From an uncultured Clostridia bacterium (GTDB taxonomy: Bacteria; Bacillota; Clostridia; TANB77; CAG-508), in contig CALXQV010000040.1 of the NCBI GenBank assembly GCA_944390535.1, positions 7,588-71,587 on the forward strand: a stretch of 64,000 nucleotides of DNA, written 5' to 3'. The notes beneath the pieces were generated by a model. That model had not been told where the DNA came from. It saw nothing but the letters and a program-made list of their open reading frames with translations, and searched no databases. Positions 51,747 to 61,838 of this stretch are shown piece by piece. The translations under genes were made by a program, and so were the position numbers. Position 1 is the first letter of the stretch; every line of letters starts with the position of its first letter.

Positions 51747-52921
51747 ACAGCTCTAGCAATCATTAATTCTTCATTTGTTGGAATGACAAATGTTCTAATC
51801 TTTGCATCTTTTGCAGTAATTTCTGCTTCGATTCCTTTTACCTTTTGATTATACTCTTTATCTATTTTTACTCCGAATACTTCTAGATAATCACAAATTG
51901 CTTCTCTAGAATCTTGCCCTTTTTCTCCTACACCTGCTGTAAAAGTTAGTATATCAAATCCGTTCATAGCAACTGCACATTTTGCAACATAACTTGCTAC
52001 CAAATAATGGAAATTATCTAATGCCAATATTGACCTTTCATCTTCCGCTGCTGCTTCTGCTTCTATATCTCTAAAATCAACAGATACACCAGATATTCCA
52101 TAGGCACCTGATTGTTTATTTAATATTTTTTCCATTTCATCTGGTTTTAGATTTTCTTTTTTCATAATATAGGTAGCAACTGATGGGTCTAAATCTCCAC
52201 TTCGTGTTCCCATAGAAATTCCTCCCAGTGGTGTTAAGCCCATACTAGTTTCTACTGACTTTCCATATTGAATGGCACAAACACTTGCTCCTTGCCCTAA
52301 GTGACAGTTGATAATTTTTAATTCTTTGATATCCCTTCCTACCAATTCAGCTGCTCTGTTTGCAACAAATTGATGAGAAGTTCCATGAAACCCATATTTT
52401 CTAACACTATACTTTTCATAATATTCATATGGGATTGGATATATATATCTTTCTTTTTCTAATGTCTGGTGGAACGCTGTATCAAATACCGCTACCATTT
52501 TAATATTGGGAGCTAGTTTTTTACAAGCTTTTATTCCTAAAATTGCTGCTGGATTATGTAATGGTGCTAAATCCACACAATCTTCTATTCCTTTTATGAC
52601 TTCATCTGTTATCACTACTGGATTAGCAAACTTTTCTCCACCATGAACAACCCTATGACCAATACCACCTAATTCTTCTAAGTTTTCCAAAACACCATAA
52701 TGTTTATTCAATAGTCTGCTTAATACAAATGAAATCGCTTTATCATGATTTTTTGCATAATGCTCGAATTTATGTACCTCTCCCTTTACTTTATGTGTCA
52801 AAAATGAATCTGCTTGACCAATTCTTTCAAAATATCCTTTTGCTAAGACAGTTTCTGTTTCCATATCAATTACTTGATATTTTAATGATGAACTTCCTGA
52901 GTTTAATACTAATATTTTCAT
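51689..52921 (-). CDS. ackA: Acetate kinase paralog whose last ~19 codons and stop are supplied by the MITE-like element
   Basis: MKILVLNSGSSSLKYQ N-terminus. The C-terminus reads ...EELMIARAVRDMPKWTKNVQKGHTYKV; RDMPKWTKNVQKGHT is the translation of the right TIR. Confidence 0.8.
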   Translation of the reverse strand: MKILVLNSGSSSLKYQVIDMETETVLAKGYFERIGQADSFLTHKVKGEVHKFEHYAKNHDKAISFVLSRLLNKHYGVLENLEELGGIGHRVVHGGEKFANPVVITDEVIKGIEDCVDLAPLHNPAAILGIKACKKLAPNIKMVAVFDTAFHQTLEKERYIYPIPYEYYEKYSVRKYGFHGTSHQFVANRAAELVGRDIKELKIINCHLGQGASVCAIQYGKSVETSMGLTPLGGISMGTRSGDLDPSVATYIMKKENLKPDEMEKILNKQSGAYGISGVSVDFRDIEAEAAAEDERSILALDNFHYLVASYVAKCAVAMNGFDILTFTAGVGEKGQDSREAICDYLEVFGVKIDKEYNQKVKGIEAEITAKDAKIRTFVIPTNEELMIARAVRDMPKWTKNVQKGHTYKV

Positions 52922-52930
52922 ACATACTCC

Positions 52931-53452
52931 TTATTTTAGAAATTCCTTTAATACCATATATTCAATTTTATGTGGCATTACATTTCCATTTTCGATTAAT
53001 TGGAAAAATTCTTTTATTGATACATATTTAACATCACTTACTTCTTCTGTTTGAAGTTCTATATTTTGTAAGCAAACATTTTGTCTTAATATATAGATGT
53101 CAACAAATTCATTACTTTTTACTTGCCCATATTCAAACATTTCTCTATTTGTAAAAATGTATTGTAAATTTTCCAAATATATATCAATATCTAACTCTTC
53201 TTTTCCCTCTCTTAACACTGCTTCTATTGAGCTTTCTCCTGCATCTATATGACCAGCAAATGAACAATCCCATGTATTAGGATATAAGTCTTTTTCTGCG
53301 GACCTATATTGTATTAATATTTCATTTTTATCATTAATAACCCAAACATGTATTGATTTATGCCATAATCCTTTTTCATGTGCTACGGCTTTATCTACAA
53401 TTCCAATCTTTTCTCCTCTTGTATTGTATTCATCTATCATTTCATGCTTCAT
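52931..53452 (-). CDS. NUDIX hydrolase
   Basis: GHIDAGESSIEAVLREGKEELDI Nudix box. Confidence 0.65.
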   Translation of the reverse strand: MKHEMIDEYNTRGEKIGIVDKAVAHEKGLWHKSIHVWVINDKNEILIQYRSAEKDLYPNTWDCSFAGHIDAGESSIEAVLREGKEELDIDIYLENLQYIFTNREMFEYGQVKSNEFVDIYILRQNVCLQNIELQTEEVSDVKYVSIKEFFQLIENGNVMPHKIEYMVLKEFLK

Positions 53453-53475
53453 AATCTATCTTCCTTTCTATTATC

Positions 53476-54492
53476 TTATTGTGCTTGCACAGCTGTTATG
53501 GCAACAACACCTGCTATATCATCACTATTGCAACCTCTTGATAAATCATTAACTGGTTTTGCAATACCTTGACACAATGGTCCATATGCTTCCGCTTTTG
53601 CTAATCTTTGTACCAATTTGTATCCAATATTTCCTGCATTTAAATCAGGGAAGATTAATACATTGGCTTCTCCTTTTAATGGACTATTTGGTGCTTTTGA
53701 TTTTGCAATTTCTGGAATAATCGCAGCATCTAATTGCAATTCTCCATCTACTAATAAGTCTTGTTGTTTTTCTTTTACTAATTTTGTTGCCTCAATGACT
53801 TTTTCTGTTAGTTCTGAATGTGCACTTCCATAAGTAGAATAAGAAAGCATTGCTACTTTTGCATCTTTTCCAACTAATTGTTTAAAGCTCTTACTTGATG
53901 AAATGGCAATTTCTGATAATTGTTCTGGATTAGGATTTTCATTTAATCCACTATCTCCAAATATAAATACACCATTTTCACCATATTCACAATTAGGTAC
54001 TACCATAACAAAAAAGGCAGAAACTAATTTGGTATCAGGTGCTGTTTTCAATATTTGTAGAGCTGGTCTTAATGTATCTGATGTAGAATGTGCTGCTCCT
54101 GAAACTAATCCATCCGCCTTATTATCTTTTACCATTAACATTCCATAATACACTGGGTCTAAAACCAATTCTTTTGCTTTTTCTATTGTCATTCCTTTAT
54201 GTTTTCTTAATTCATACAAAAGATTTGCATATTTGTCATAATCTTCTGATGTTTGTGGGTCTACAATTTTTGCCCCTTCAATATTTACCTTGTTTGTTCT
54301 TGCCTTTTGCAAAATATTTTCTTCATTTCCTACTAAAATAATATTTGCATATTTTTCTTTCATTACTTTTTCTGTTGCTTGTAATACTCTTATATCTTCT
54401 GCTTCTGGAAGAATAATTGTTTTTATTTCTTGTTTTGCTCTTTGTTTTATCTCTTCAATAAATGTCATTTTTTTCACATTCCTTTCTATCAC
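53476..54492 (-). CDS. pta: Phosphate acetyltransferase
   Basis: 338 aa. The C-terminal region ...SRGCNSDDIAGVVAITAVQAQ and overall composition are typical of Pta. Confidence 0.85.
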   Translation of the reverse strand: MIERNVKKMTFIEEIKQRAKQEIKTIILPEAEDIRVLQATEKVMKEKYANIILVGNEENILQKARTNKVNIEGAKIVDPQTSEDYDKYANLLYELRKHKGMTIEKAKELVLDPVYYGMLMVKDNKADGLVSGAAHSTSDTLRPALQILKTAPDTKLVSAFFVMVVPNCEYGENGVFIFGDSGLNENPNPEQLSEIAISSSKSFKQLVGKDAKVAMLSYSTYGSAHSELTEKVIEATKLVKEKQQDLLVDGELQLDAAIIPEIAKSKAPNSPLKGEANVLIFPDLNAGNIGYKLVQRLAKAEAYGPLCQGIAKPVNDLSRGCNSDDIAGVVAITAVQAQ

Positions 54493-54500
54493 ATAGTTTC

Positions 54501-54580
54501 GATTGGAAAAGAATTAAATTTTGGCTAGGAAAACGAATTTGAAATTTGACAACGCCAAAATTGTAATTATTTTTCAATTC
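54501..54580. promoter_or_regulatory. Long imperfect palindromic leader element, copy B, directly upstream of pta
   Basis: gattggaaaagaattaaattttgg ... ccaaaattgtaattatttttcaattc. Confidence 0.4.
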
Positions 54581-54721
54581 ATTGCCTCCTTCACTTCGAT
54601 TATTATATACTATAAACAAGCAAAAGCACAAGTCTTTTCCAAAAAAACTTTGTGCTTTTGTTTGTTATATAAATTTTTACTTAGGTTATCATTTCTTAAG
54701 CTACATGCTAAGGTTTATACT

Positions 54722-55753
54722 TTATACAAATATTTTGGGTAAAAATATAATGAATCCTACAATTACTGAAATAATTGCAGAAAATAATACGGCACCTGCT
54801 GCTATATCTTTTGCATATTTTGCTTTTTCATGAATCTCTGGCATGGCTATATCAACAGTTGTTTCAATAGCTGTATTAATCAATTCTAAAGAAATTACGA
54901 TAGCAAACAATAACAAACATACCATCCATTCCATGGCTGATATTTTAAAAATAAATCCAGCAATAATGACTAATGCCATGATAACAAAATGTATTTTTAA
55001 ATTTTGTTCTGTTTTCCATGCTTCTTCTATTCCTTCAAATGCATATTTAAAACTATTTCTTAATTTCTTTCTTTTTTTTCTTAATTTGACCATTTTTCTT
55101 TTATCTACCATGTTTACTTTTTCCTTTTTTAATTGCAATATGGATTTTGTAATACTTGCAAATATTATTAAATAAGCAATTGAGATTGCAAATCCACCAA
55201 TGACATCACTTGCATAATGTACGCCTAAATAAATTCTGCTAAATCCAATCATTGGTATTAAGATAGCTAAAATAGTACAACTTGCATATTTTATTTTTTT
55301 ATTTTTTACCATTTTCCATATCAGATAAATCAATAATCCATAAAACGCCATACTAACCATAGAATGTCCTGAAGGAAAACTATATCCACTTTCCGCAATT
55401 AGCCTATAACCATCTGGTCTTGGTCTTTGTATGATATGTTTTAATAGTTGATTTAATAAAGTGGCTATCACTAAATTACTTGCCACACATAACCCTACTT
55501 TTTTGTTTTTTATAAATAGCAAACTTCCTATTGTGATGGCTATTAATACATATGCAGAAGACAAATTGGTTATTACTTTCATAATAACAGTTAGTGGTTC
55601 TGTTCTTAAGTTAAGGATTACTAATTTATATACAAGCATATCTAAGGATAGTTGCTCATTTTCAAAAATATCTTCTAACATCATTAAAACAATAATTAGA
55701 CAAAGAAAAGCAATAATCCATTTATAATTTTTTTCTATTATTCTTTTTAGCAT
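54722..55753 (-). CDS. Fusion of a PAP2 phosphatase (undecaprenyl-diphosphatase-like) and a DgkA-type prokaryotic diacylglycerol/undecaprenol kinase
   Basis: KHIIQRPRP, PSGHS and GVHYASD PAP2 motifs in the N-terminal half; a DgkA-like three-TM domain in the C-terminal half. Confidence 0.7.
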   Translation of the reverse strand: MLKRIIEKNYKWIIAFLCLIIVLMMLEDIFENEQLSLDMLVYKLVILNLRTEPLTVIMKVITNLSSAYVLIAITIGSLLFIKNKKVGLCVASNLVIATLLNQLLKHIIQRPRPDGYRLIAESGYSFPSGHSMVSMAFYGLLIYLIWKMVKNKKIKYASCTILAILIPMIGFSRIYLGVHYASDVIGGFAISIAYLIIFASITKSILQLKKEKVNMVDKRKMVKLRKKRKKLRNSFKYAFEGIEEAWKTEQNLKIHFVIMALVIIAGFIFKISAMEWMVCLLLFAIVISLELINTAIETTVDIAMPEIHEKAKYAKDIAAGAVLFSAIISVIVGFIIFLPKIFV

Positions 55754-55795
55754 TTGTATTCTCCATTTCTATATTGTTTCATATCTTTTTAGTTA

Positions 55796-56905
55796 TTAAA
55801 ATTCTATTATGTTTTCCCATGTTAAATTTTCTTTTCCAAAATGACCATAATTGGTAGTCAATGAATATATTGGTTTGTCTAATTCCAAATATTTAATAAT
55901 ACCATCTGGTGTTAAATCAAATGTTTCTCTAATTTTTGAAATTAAATCTTCTTCTGAGATTGTTCCTGTTCCAAAAGTATTTACATGAATAGATAGTGGT
56001 TCTTTCATACCAATAGCATATGAAATTTGTATTTCGCATTTTTTTGCATATCCATTTGCAACAATGTTTTTTGCAATATGTCTTAACATATATGCAGCTG
56101 ACCTATCTACTTTACTTGCATCTTTTCCTGAAAATGCCCCTCCACCATGTCTTGCATATCCACCATATGTATCTACAATAATCTTTCTACCAGTAAGTCC
56201 TGTGTCTCCCAAAGGTCCACCTATAACAAATTTTCCAGTAGGATTAATATAGATTTTTGTCTCGTCATCAATCATCGATTCTGAAACAACTGGTTTAATA
56301 ACTTTTTCTATGATATCCTTTCTCACAGTATCTTGAGAAATCTCTTCTTCATGTTGTGTAGATATTAATATTGTTTCAATTCTTTTTGGTTTGTCATTTT
56401 CATATTCAACTGTTACTTGTGTCTTTCCATCTGGTCTTAAATAGTCTATTTGTCTATTTTTTCTTACTTCTGTTAATCTTTTAGATAATTTATGTGCCAT
56501 AGAAATAGCATAAGGCATATATTCTGGTGTTTCATCACAAGCAAATCCAAACATAATTCCTTGGTCACCAGCTCCACCAATATCAACACCTAATGCAATA
56601 TCTGGACTTTGTTTTGTAATGTTAATGTCAATGGCACAAGTTTTATAATCCATGTCAATATTTTCATTATCATATCCAATTTCTTTTATTTTTTCTCTTA
56701 CTAGTTTTTCAATGTCGGCTTCTCCTTTAGCTGTAACTTGTCCTGCAATCGTAATTCGATTTCCTGAAGCAAATGTCTCTATAGCTACTCTTGCATGATT
56801 ATCTTGTTTTAAATATTCGTCTAATATGCAGTCTGAAATTGTATCACATAATTTATCTGGATGTCCTTCTGTTACACTTTCTGATGTAAAATAATATTTA
56901 CTCAT
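55796..56905 (-). CDS. metK: S-adenosylmethionine synthetase
   Basis: [16 protein letters not shown] and GGGAFSGKD motifs. Confidence 0.9.
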   Translation of the reverse strand: MSKYYFTSESVTEGHPDKLCDTISDCILDEYLKQDNHARVAIETFASGNRITIAGQVTAKGEADIEKLVREKIKEIGYDNENIDMDYKTCAIDINITKQSPDIALGVDIGGAGDQGIMFGFACDETPEYMPYAISMAHKLSKRLTEVRKNRQIDYLRPDGKTQVTVEYENDKPKRIETILISTQHEEEISQDTVRKDIIEKVIKPVVSESMIDDETKIYINPTGKFVIGGPLGDTGLTGRKIIVDTYGGYARHGGGAFSGKDASKVDRSAAYMLRHIAKNIVANGYAKKCEIQISYAIGMKEPLSIHVNTFGTGTISEEDLISKIRETFDLTPDGIIKYLELDKPIYSLTTNYGHFGKENLTWENIIEF

Positions 56906-57010
56906 TTTACTTCCTCTTTTCTTTTCATTTTTCTCTTTTATATTGCATAATTATTACATTTTTTTAACTTTTTGTCAATGGGAAGTTTTTTGAAATTCAT
57001 AACGGCCAAA

Positions 57011-57048
57011 CGGCGCTTAGTCAGTTGAACTACATCTGACTAGCGCCG
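57011..57048. terminator. GC-rich 12-bp-stem hairpin downstream of the 117-aa gene; no clean U-tract
   Basis: cggcgcttagtcag ttgaactacat ctgactagcgccg. It is strikingly GC-rich for this genome. Confidence 0.4.
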
Positions 57049-57060
57049 TTGCCGTTACCG

Positions 57061-57414
57061 TTACAAACCCTTAATGACTCTATTTACGGTTTGTACTTCT
57101 TCTTCAATTTTTTGGATTTTTCTGAACTTCTCATATCTCCTTAAAATTTTTTTCTCTTGGTCTGTAAACTCCTTATCATCACTCTTGAATTTAACCATTA
57201 GCCGAGTGATTACCTCACTCTTGACTTTTAAAAATGGTTCTTCTTCAGAGGTTTTTACACCTCTCTCTTTTGTGATTATTTGAGGAATTCTGTCAATCCC
57301 TTCTTTCCAGAGTGTAAATAAGTTAATGAACATTTCGTTTCTTAATGCTCTTATCTGTTCGTAGCACTCTTCCTTGAAGTTTTCTAGCGTTTCCGCTAAT
57401 TCTAGGTTTCTCAT
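57061..57414 (-). CDS. Hypothetical 117-aa protein with its own extended -10 promoter (TTGATA-17-TGGTATAAT)
   Basis: ORF preceded by an AAGGAAGG RBS and followed by the GC hairpin. Confidence 0.4.
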   Translation of the reverse strand: MRNLELAETLENFKEECYEQIRALRNEMFINLFTLWKEGIDRIPQIITKERGVKTSEEEPFLKVKSEVITRLMVKFKSDDKEFTDQEKKILRRYEKFRKIQKIEEEVQTVNRVIKGL

Positions 57415-57551
57415 TTTTAAAACCTTCCTTTCTTTCTTTTTTACAACTGACTTTTCAGTTATGTTAATTATACCACAAATATCCTATTTTATCAAATATA
57501 TGATGGATATAGTATGAGTTTTTTATGATGTATTTATGATAAAAAGAAAAA

Positions 57552-57579
57552 AGATTAGACCCTAGCAATGTCTAATCTT
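57552..57579 (-). terminator. Rho-independent terminator after the 64-aa gene
   Basis: aagattagaccctagcaatgtctaatctttttt. Confidence 0.5.
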
Positions 57580-57596
57580 TTTTCTAAAAGTTAGCT

Positions 57597-57791
57597 TTAT
57601 TTAAAGAGTAACTTTTTTATGGCTTTGTAAAATTGGTTCCCTTTTTTCTTATCATTTTTAATTGGAACATATCTTTTTAATTGCTCCTTTTCGTCCCGTG
57701 CTTTAATTTTTCCAAGTTCCTTTCCTCCATAGCCACTCATCTTCTTATCCTCCTTTAAAAAATTTAACATAAAGATACTTGTGTTTTTCAT
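57597..57791 (-). CDS. Small basic hypothetical protein (64 aa), last gene of the HerA-like module transcript
   Basis: ORF 57 nt downstream of the Cys-rich gene, with no intervening terminator. Confidence 0.35.
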   Translation of the reverse strand: MKNTSIFMLNFLKEDKKMSGYGGKELGKIKARDEKEQLKRYVPIKNDKKKGNQFYKAIKKLLFK

Positions 57792-57848
57792 CTCTCTTTA
57801 TATCACATTTTGTTTTTTTTTCAATAGTTGTCATTTCTTCATGGCTAT

Positions 57849-58550
57849 TTATTTCTTGGTTAAAATCCATTTGACAATTTCCTTTTTAATGACAGTATAT
57901 TCTTCTTTTTCAAATTGCATATTTGCAATGCAATATCTTTTATTCGCTATATGAGAACAAAATATACATTCATATAGATTATTACAATCTTGTATGAAAT
58001 AGGAATTACTAATTTTACTAGAACAAATGACATTATAACTATTTGTGCAACTAGCTGAGTCAGCAATTCTCAATCCAAAACTAGATGTTCCACTTCTTTG
58101 GCATGCTATGATATTTTCAGATTCATTACATCCATCTGAAAATATGACATTTTTACATTTTCGACAATCTGTAGAACGAAAAACATTTTCTGAAGTATAC
58201 ATGGGATCACTTTGAGACACATTGATACAATCATATGTCCTTTGAGTTGTTGTATAATTGGTTAATTTCCAAATCTCTAAAATTTCTTTTAGATTTTTAA
58301 CATTTCGTTTTGGTATCATCCACCCCCTTTTTTCGTCAAATTTTCTCATATTTTCCTGTGTAATATATTTAGCTGAACTAACTGCAGATGCCCAAGTTTC
58401 TTCTCCTGTCACACTATCAATTACTCTTTGTGGTAGTCTGACATCAAACGCAAACTCAGATAATATTTCTTCTAATGTATACGGACTTGTTTGCCCAAAT
58501 ATTGCCATAAACGTTTTATTAATCACTTCCATCACTTCTTTAGTATCCAA
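57849..58550 (-). CDS. Cys-rich 233-aa protein, translationally coupled to the HerA-like ATPase
   Basis: 11-nt overlap with the upstream gene. The C-terminal half holds ~13 Cys in repeated CxN.Y/CS-type spacing. I recognise no family. Confidence 0.45.
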   Translation of the reverse strand: MDTKEVMEVINKTFMAIFGQTSPYTLEEILSEFAFDVRLPQRVIDSVTGEETWASAVSSAKYITQENMRKFDEKRGWMIPKRNVKNLKEILEIWKLTNYTTTQRTYDCINVSQSDPMYTSENVFRSTDCRKCKNVIFSDGCNESENIIACQRSGTSSFGLRIADSASCTNSYNVICSSKISNSYFIQDCNNLYECIFCSHIANKRYCIANMQFEKEEYTVIKKEIVKWILTKK

Positions 58551-60453
58551 GCTGTTCCCTCCTTTTTCTTGAAGGGGATTGAGAAATCATTATATCTTTT
58601 AGACTAATGTTATCATCAACTGAAAATGAACTATTTGCTTCTTCTTTATGTTTATCGTCAACACCCTTCTTTTTTTCTTCGAAATCAAATTTATTTGTTA
58701 ATATTTGATTCATGGCTTTTTGTGGTATGGGAATAAAATCTAATGTTCTTGCTTGAAAAGCTGGATATACTTTACCTTGTTTTGTAATTCTTACAATACA
58801 TTCTCTGTTTCTTAGTTCTGTTAAAATTTTCATTCTAGTAATAAATGTATTCTTTACAGCAACATCCATTCTTATATTCCCATCTAAAATTCTAGCATCC
58901 TCTCTTGATACTCTAAATATATAATAGTTCATCATGTTTGAAAAAATTGCTTTTTGAAGTGGTTCACTAATTTGATTAAAGTATTGTTGTGCTAGTACCA
59001 ATGACAAATTGTATTTTCTACTTTCTGCCAAAAATCTACTTAATATTGGATTTTCCAATAATGCAACTTCATCAATAATAAAGATAATATGTTCATCATA
59101 TGTATAATTTTGAATTAGTTGTAAAATTTGTTGCATGGTAAATCCTGCAATTGTTTTGGTTGCTTTCATTCCTAATTTACTTTGATTTAAAGATATAATT
59201 GTTAAAAAATTCTCTTCTAAAATATCTTTTAAATCTCTTTCTGTTCCTTTGCTTTTTAGTCCTGGTAATAATTCCATTTCATCAATAAATGATAAAATTG
59301 GCGAAAAAGCTTCTTGATAAGATTCTGTTTTTAACTTATTAAAATCCACAGAAAAGAAATCAACTGTACTTTCTAGTAAATCATCTGCTTTTAATAATTC
59401 ATTTTTATATTCTATCTCTGTTAATAACTTCTTCAAATTTTTGAAATCCATTTTATTTAACTTTGTTAGTAAATAAATGCTATGCCTTAAAACTCTCTCC
59501 AATTTAGAATTATATTGATCAGCCATTAATGTTTGGAATAATGATAATATCAATTCTGTTGTAACAATTAAATCGTTTGAAGCCCTCATAAATAAATTAA
59601 AACTATTTTTTGTTTTCTCAAAATCTAATACTTTTGTATCTTCTAGTCCACCTATGTCATTTTTAATTTCTGCATGAGGATCGATTACCACAATTTTATA
59701 TTTTCTTCTATATTCTTCATTTTTGGATAAATTATCTACCATTGTACTAATTAACTTTGATTTTCCTGTTCCACTTGCCCCTACAATAATAGAATGTTTG
59801 TCAAAATCATATTGGTTTAAGTGTAAATAATAATCTTCTATTAGATATGGAAAAGTATTTACTCTTAAAAATGCATTTTCTTGATTATCTTTTAAAATAT
59901 GCATTGTTTTTTGTATATCCAAATATTTTGTAGCATCTTTTCTATAAAAAAAACGGTTATATTTAGAAAAATCTGCATGTAATAGTTGATATGATATACT
60001 AAATAGGGCTCTTCGTTTTGTTAGATAACGATATTTACTCTTGAAAAACAAGTATGTTCTATAGCAGTAACGTTTTTTAGTAATTGGAAGAATATCAATT
60101 TCTAGAAATTTTAATTTTTTACCTGTCTTAACCTCTACTTTATCATAAATATCTAATCCACTTTTTTCTTTGTTTGTCACAATATACCATCTATTCATAA
60201 CTGCTTTTTCTTGGAAAAGTTTTTCTTCCTCTTCTTCTACTTTTTTTAATATAAATTCACTAAAATCTTGTATGATAGAAGGTAATTTCCTTGATGACTC
60301 TATAAAATATCGTATTGTATTATTTTCTATATATAAATACATTTTCCATCTTCTAAAATGTCCATTTAATTTTGATATAGCATATAAAAATTCAGACCAT
60401 CTAGGTTCTTCAACAGTTTCCTGTGTTAAAAATACTTCTAATAAATATTTCAT
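58540..60453 (-). CDS. HerA/FtsK-superfamily (DUF87-like) P-loop ATPase, 637 aa
   Basis: Walker A IIVGASGTGKSKLI followed by KIVVIDPHAE (HerA/VirB4-type D-P-H-x-E); Walker B HIIFIIDEVALL. A ~220-aa N-terminal domain may be a HAS barrel. Confidence 0.55.
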   Translation of the reverse strand: MKYLLEVFLTQETVEEPRWSEFLYAISKLNGHFRRWKMYLYIENNTIRYFIESSRKLPSIIQDFSEFILKKVEEEEEKLFQEKAVMNRWYIVTNKEKSGLDIYDKVEVKTGKKLKFLEIDILPITKKRYCYRTYLFFKSKYRYLTKRRALFSISYQLLHADFSKYNRFFYRKDATKYLDIQKTMHILKDNQENAFLRVNTFPYLIEDYYLHLNQYDFDKHSIIVGASGTGKSKLISTMVDNLSKNEEYRRKYKIVVIDPHAEIKNDIGGLEDTKVLDFEKTKNSFNLFMRASNDLIVTTELILSLFQTLMADQYNSKLERVLRHSIYLLTKLNKMDFKNLKKLLTEIEYKNELLKADDLLESTVDFFSVDFNKLKTESYQEAFSPILSFIDEMELLPGLKSKGTERDLKDILEENFLTIISLNQSKLGMKATKTIAGFTMQQILQLIQNYTYDEHIIFIIDEVALLENPILSRFLAESRKYNLSLVLAQQYFNQISEPLQKAIFSNMMNYYIFRVSREDARILDGNIRMDVAVKNTFITRMKILTELRNRECIVRITKQGKVYPAFQARTLDFIPIPQKAMNQILTNKFDFEEKKKGVDDKHKEEANSSFSVDDNISLKDIMISQSPSRKRREQLGY

Positions 60454-60494
60454 TTTACTATCACCAATTATATTATAACAATTTAAAACATAAA

Positions 60495-60531
60495 AAAACT
60501 GACTTTTTTAATACGAAATAAGTCAGTTTTT
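60495..60531 (-). terminator. Rho-independent terminator after the lipid kinase gene, immediately followed by the extended -10 promoter (TGTTATAAT) of the HerA-like module
   Basis: aaaaactgacttttttaatacgaaataagtcagttttt. Confidence 0.55.
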
Positions 60532-60573
60532 CTCATTTATTATTTATCATTTCATTTAATGCTACTTATATAT

Positions 60574-61488
60574 TCATCTATTTGTTTCCCTTTCACAAAT
60601 AGCCAATTCGATTGCTTTATGGCAATTTTCGATATGAACAATATTTAGATTTCCTGCAAATTCTCCATCAATTGTCCAATCGACATTTTTTTCTGTTGTC
60701 ACTGTAATTTTATTTGCTTTAAAATACACAACATCTCGATTTAACATATAATTTTTATGTATAAAATCATTTAATAGACGAAAATATCCTGATATTTTTT
60801 TAGGCTTTCTAATAAAAATCGCTTCAAATTTCCCATCTGCTAAATCAATATCTTCTCTACGAAACCATTTAAAACCTGCTATAGATTGGGAATTACTAAT
60901 TCCACCATAAATAAAGTCTCCTTCTAATTCTTCTTCATCAAATTGTATTTTTACTTTATAAGTGGGAATATGCATCAATTCTTTCATAGCTTTTAGATAA
61001 TATGCTATTCTACCATATCTATTTTTTGCCTTTTGTGAGGTATTATATGAAACATCTGTAAGTACTCCAAAAGCTGTAACATAGCAAAAATATTTACCAT
61101 TATTAAACTTTCCTACATCTAATATTTTTGCTTTTGATTGCAATAAATTTTTAGTTATCGAAATATCTTTTATTGGCATATCTAAACTTCTTGCTAAATC
61201 ATTGGTTGTTCCCATAGGAATATATGCAACACTAACATCTTTTATATTCAATTCCATTAGGGCAGAAATCGTTTCATTAAGCGTTCCATCTCCTCCACAA
61301 ACCAATATTAAATCTGTTTCTCTTATATTGTCTATTACAATGTTTTTTGCATTATATTCTTTTCTGGTAAGTTGAATATTCACTTGCATATTTTGTTCTT
61401 CTAGATTTTTTCTAATTTCATTTATATAATTTTTTATATTTCCTCTTCCAGATGTTGAATTTATAATTGTTAATACACGAATACTCAA
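60574..61488 (-). CDS. DAGK_cat-family lipid kinase (YegS/DgkB-like)
   Basis: LILVCGGDGTLNE and IPMGTTNDLARSL motifs. Confidence 0.7.
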   Translation of the reverse strand: MSIRVLTIINSTSGRGNIKNYINEIRKNLEEQNMQVNIQLTRKEYNAKNIVIDNIRETDLILVCGGDGTLNETISALMELNIKDVSVAYIPMGTTNDLARSLDMPIKDISITKNLLQSKAKILDVGKFNNGKYFCYVTAFGVLTDVSYNTSQKAKNRYGRIAYYLKAMKELMHIPTYKVKIQFDEEELEGDFIYGGISNSQSIAGFKWFRREDIDLADGKFEAIFIRKPKKISGYFRLLNDFIHKNYMLNRDVVYFKANKITVTTEKNVDWTIDGEFAGNLNIVHIENCHKAIELAICERETNR

Positions 61489-61621
61489 AATTTTATTTCC
61501 TTCTTTCTCTGTAATTTACATAATTTTACCATATCTTTTTGAAATAGTAAAGGAAAAAATAAATCTGTCTCCAATTTCCAGTTATCTATTGCCACAATTC
61601 AGGCTTTTATTTTATCATTAA

Positions 61622-61823
61622 CAGACTAAATGTCAGGATGATATATTATTTTTTGCATTTATCGACGAATGTGACACGAAATAGATATACAAATTCTTAG
61701 ATTTTAATAAATGAGGAAGCGTGATATAGCGAGAGGCTCGTTTGTTTAAATCTTAGAATTTGTTATCTATGAAGCTAACCGAGGAGAAAATGCAAAAATA
61801 ATATATCATCCTGACATAGTCTG
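61622..61823. repeat. Second MITE-like nested palindrome: ~38-bp imperfect inverted repeats with an inner 25-bp inverted repeat
   Basis: cagactaaatgtcaggatgatatattattttttgcattt ... aaatgcaaaaataatatatcatcctgacatagtctg; inner atagatatacaaattcttagatttta / taaatcttagaatttgttatctat. Confidence 0.5.
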
Positions 61824-61838
61824 AACTGTAACTATTGA

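Noticed and set aside
57011-57048. GC-rich block as a possible tRNA or small RNA gene
   Set aside because: It is a simple 12-bp perfect hairpin with no cloverleaf or anticodon arm. It is better explained as a terminator-like stem for the 117-aa gene.
56906-57060. Expected SAM (S-box) riboswitch upstream of metK
   Set aside because: Only a TTGACA-16-TAATAAT promoter and a short leader are present. The S-box conserved helices and the GGGA/UCCC pseudoknot were not found.
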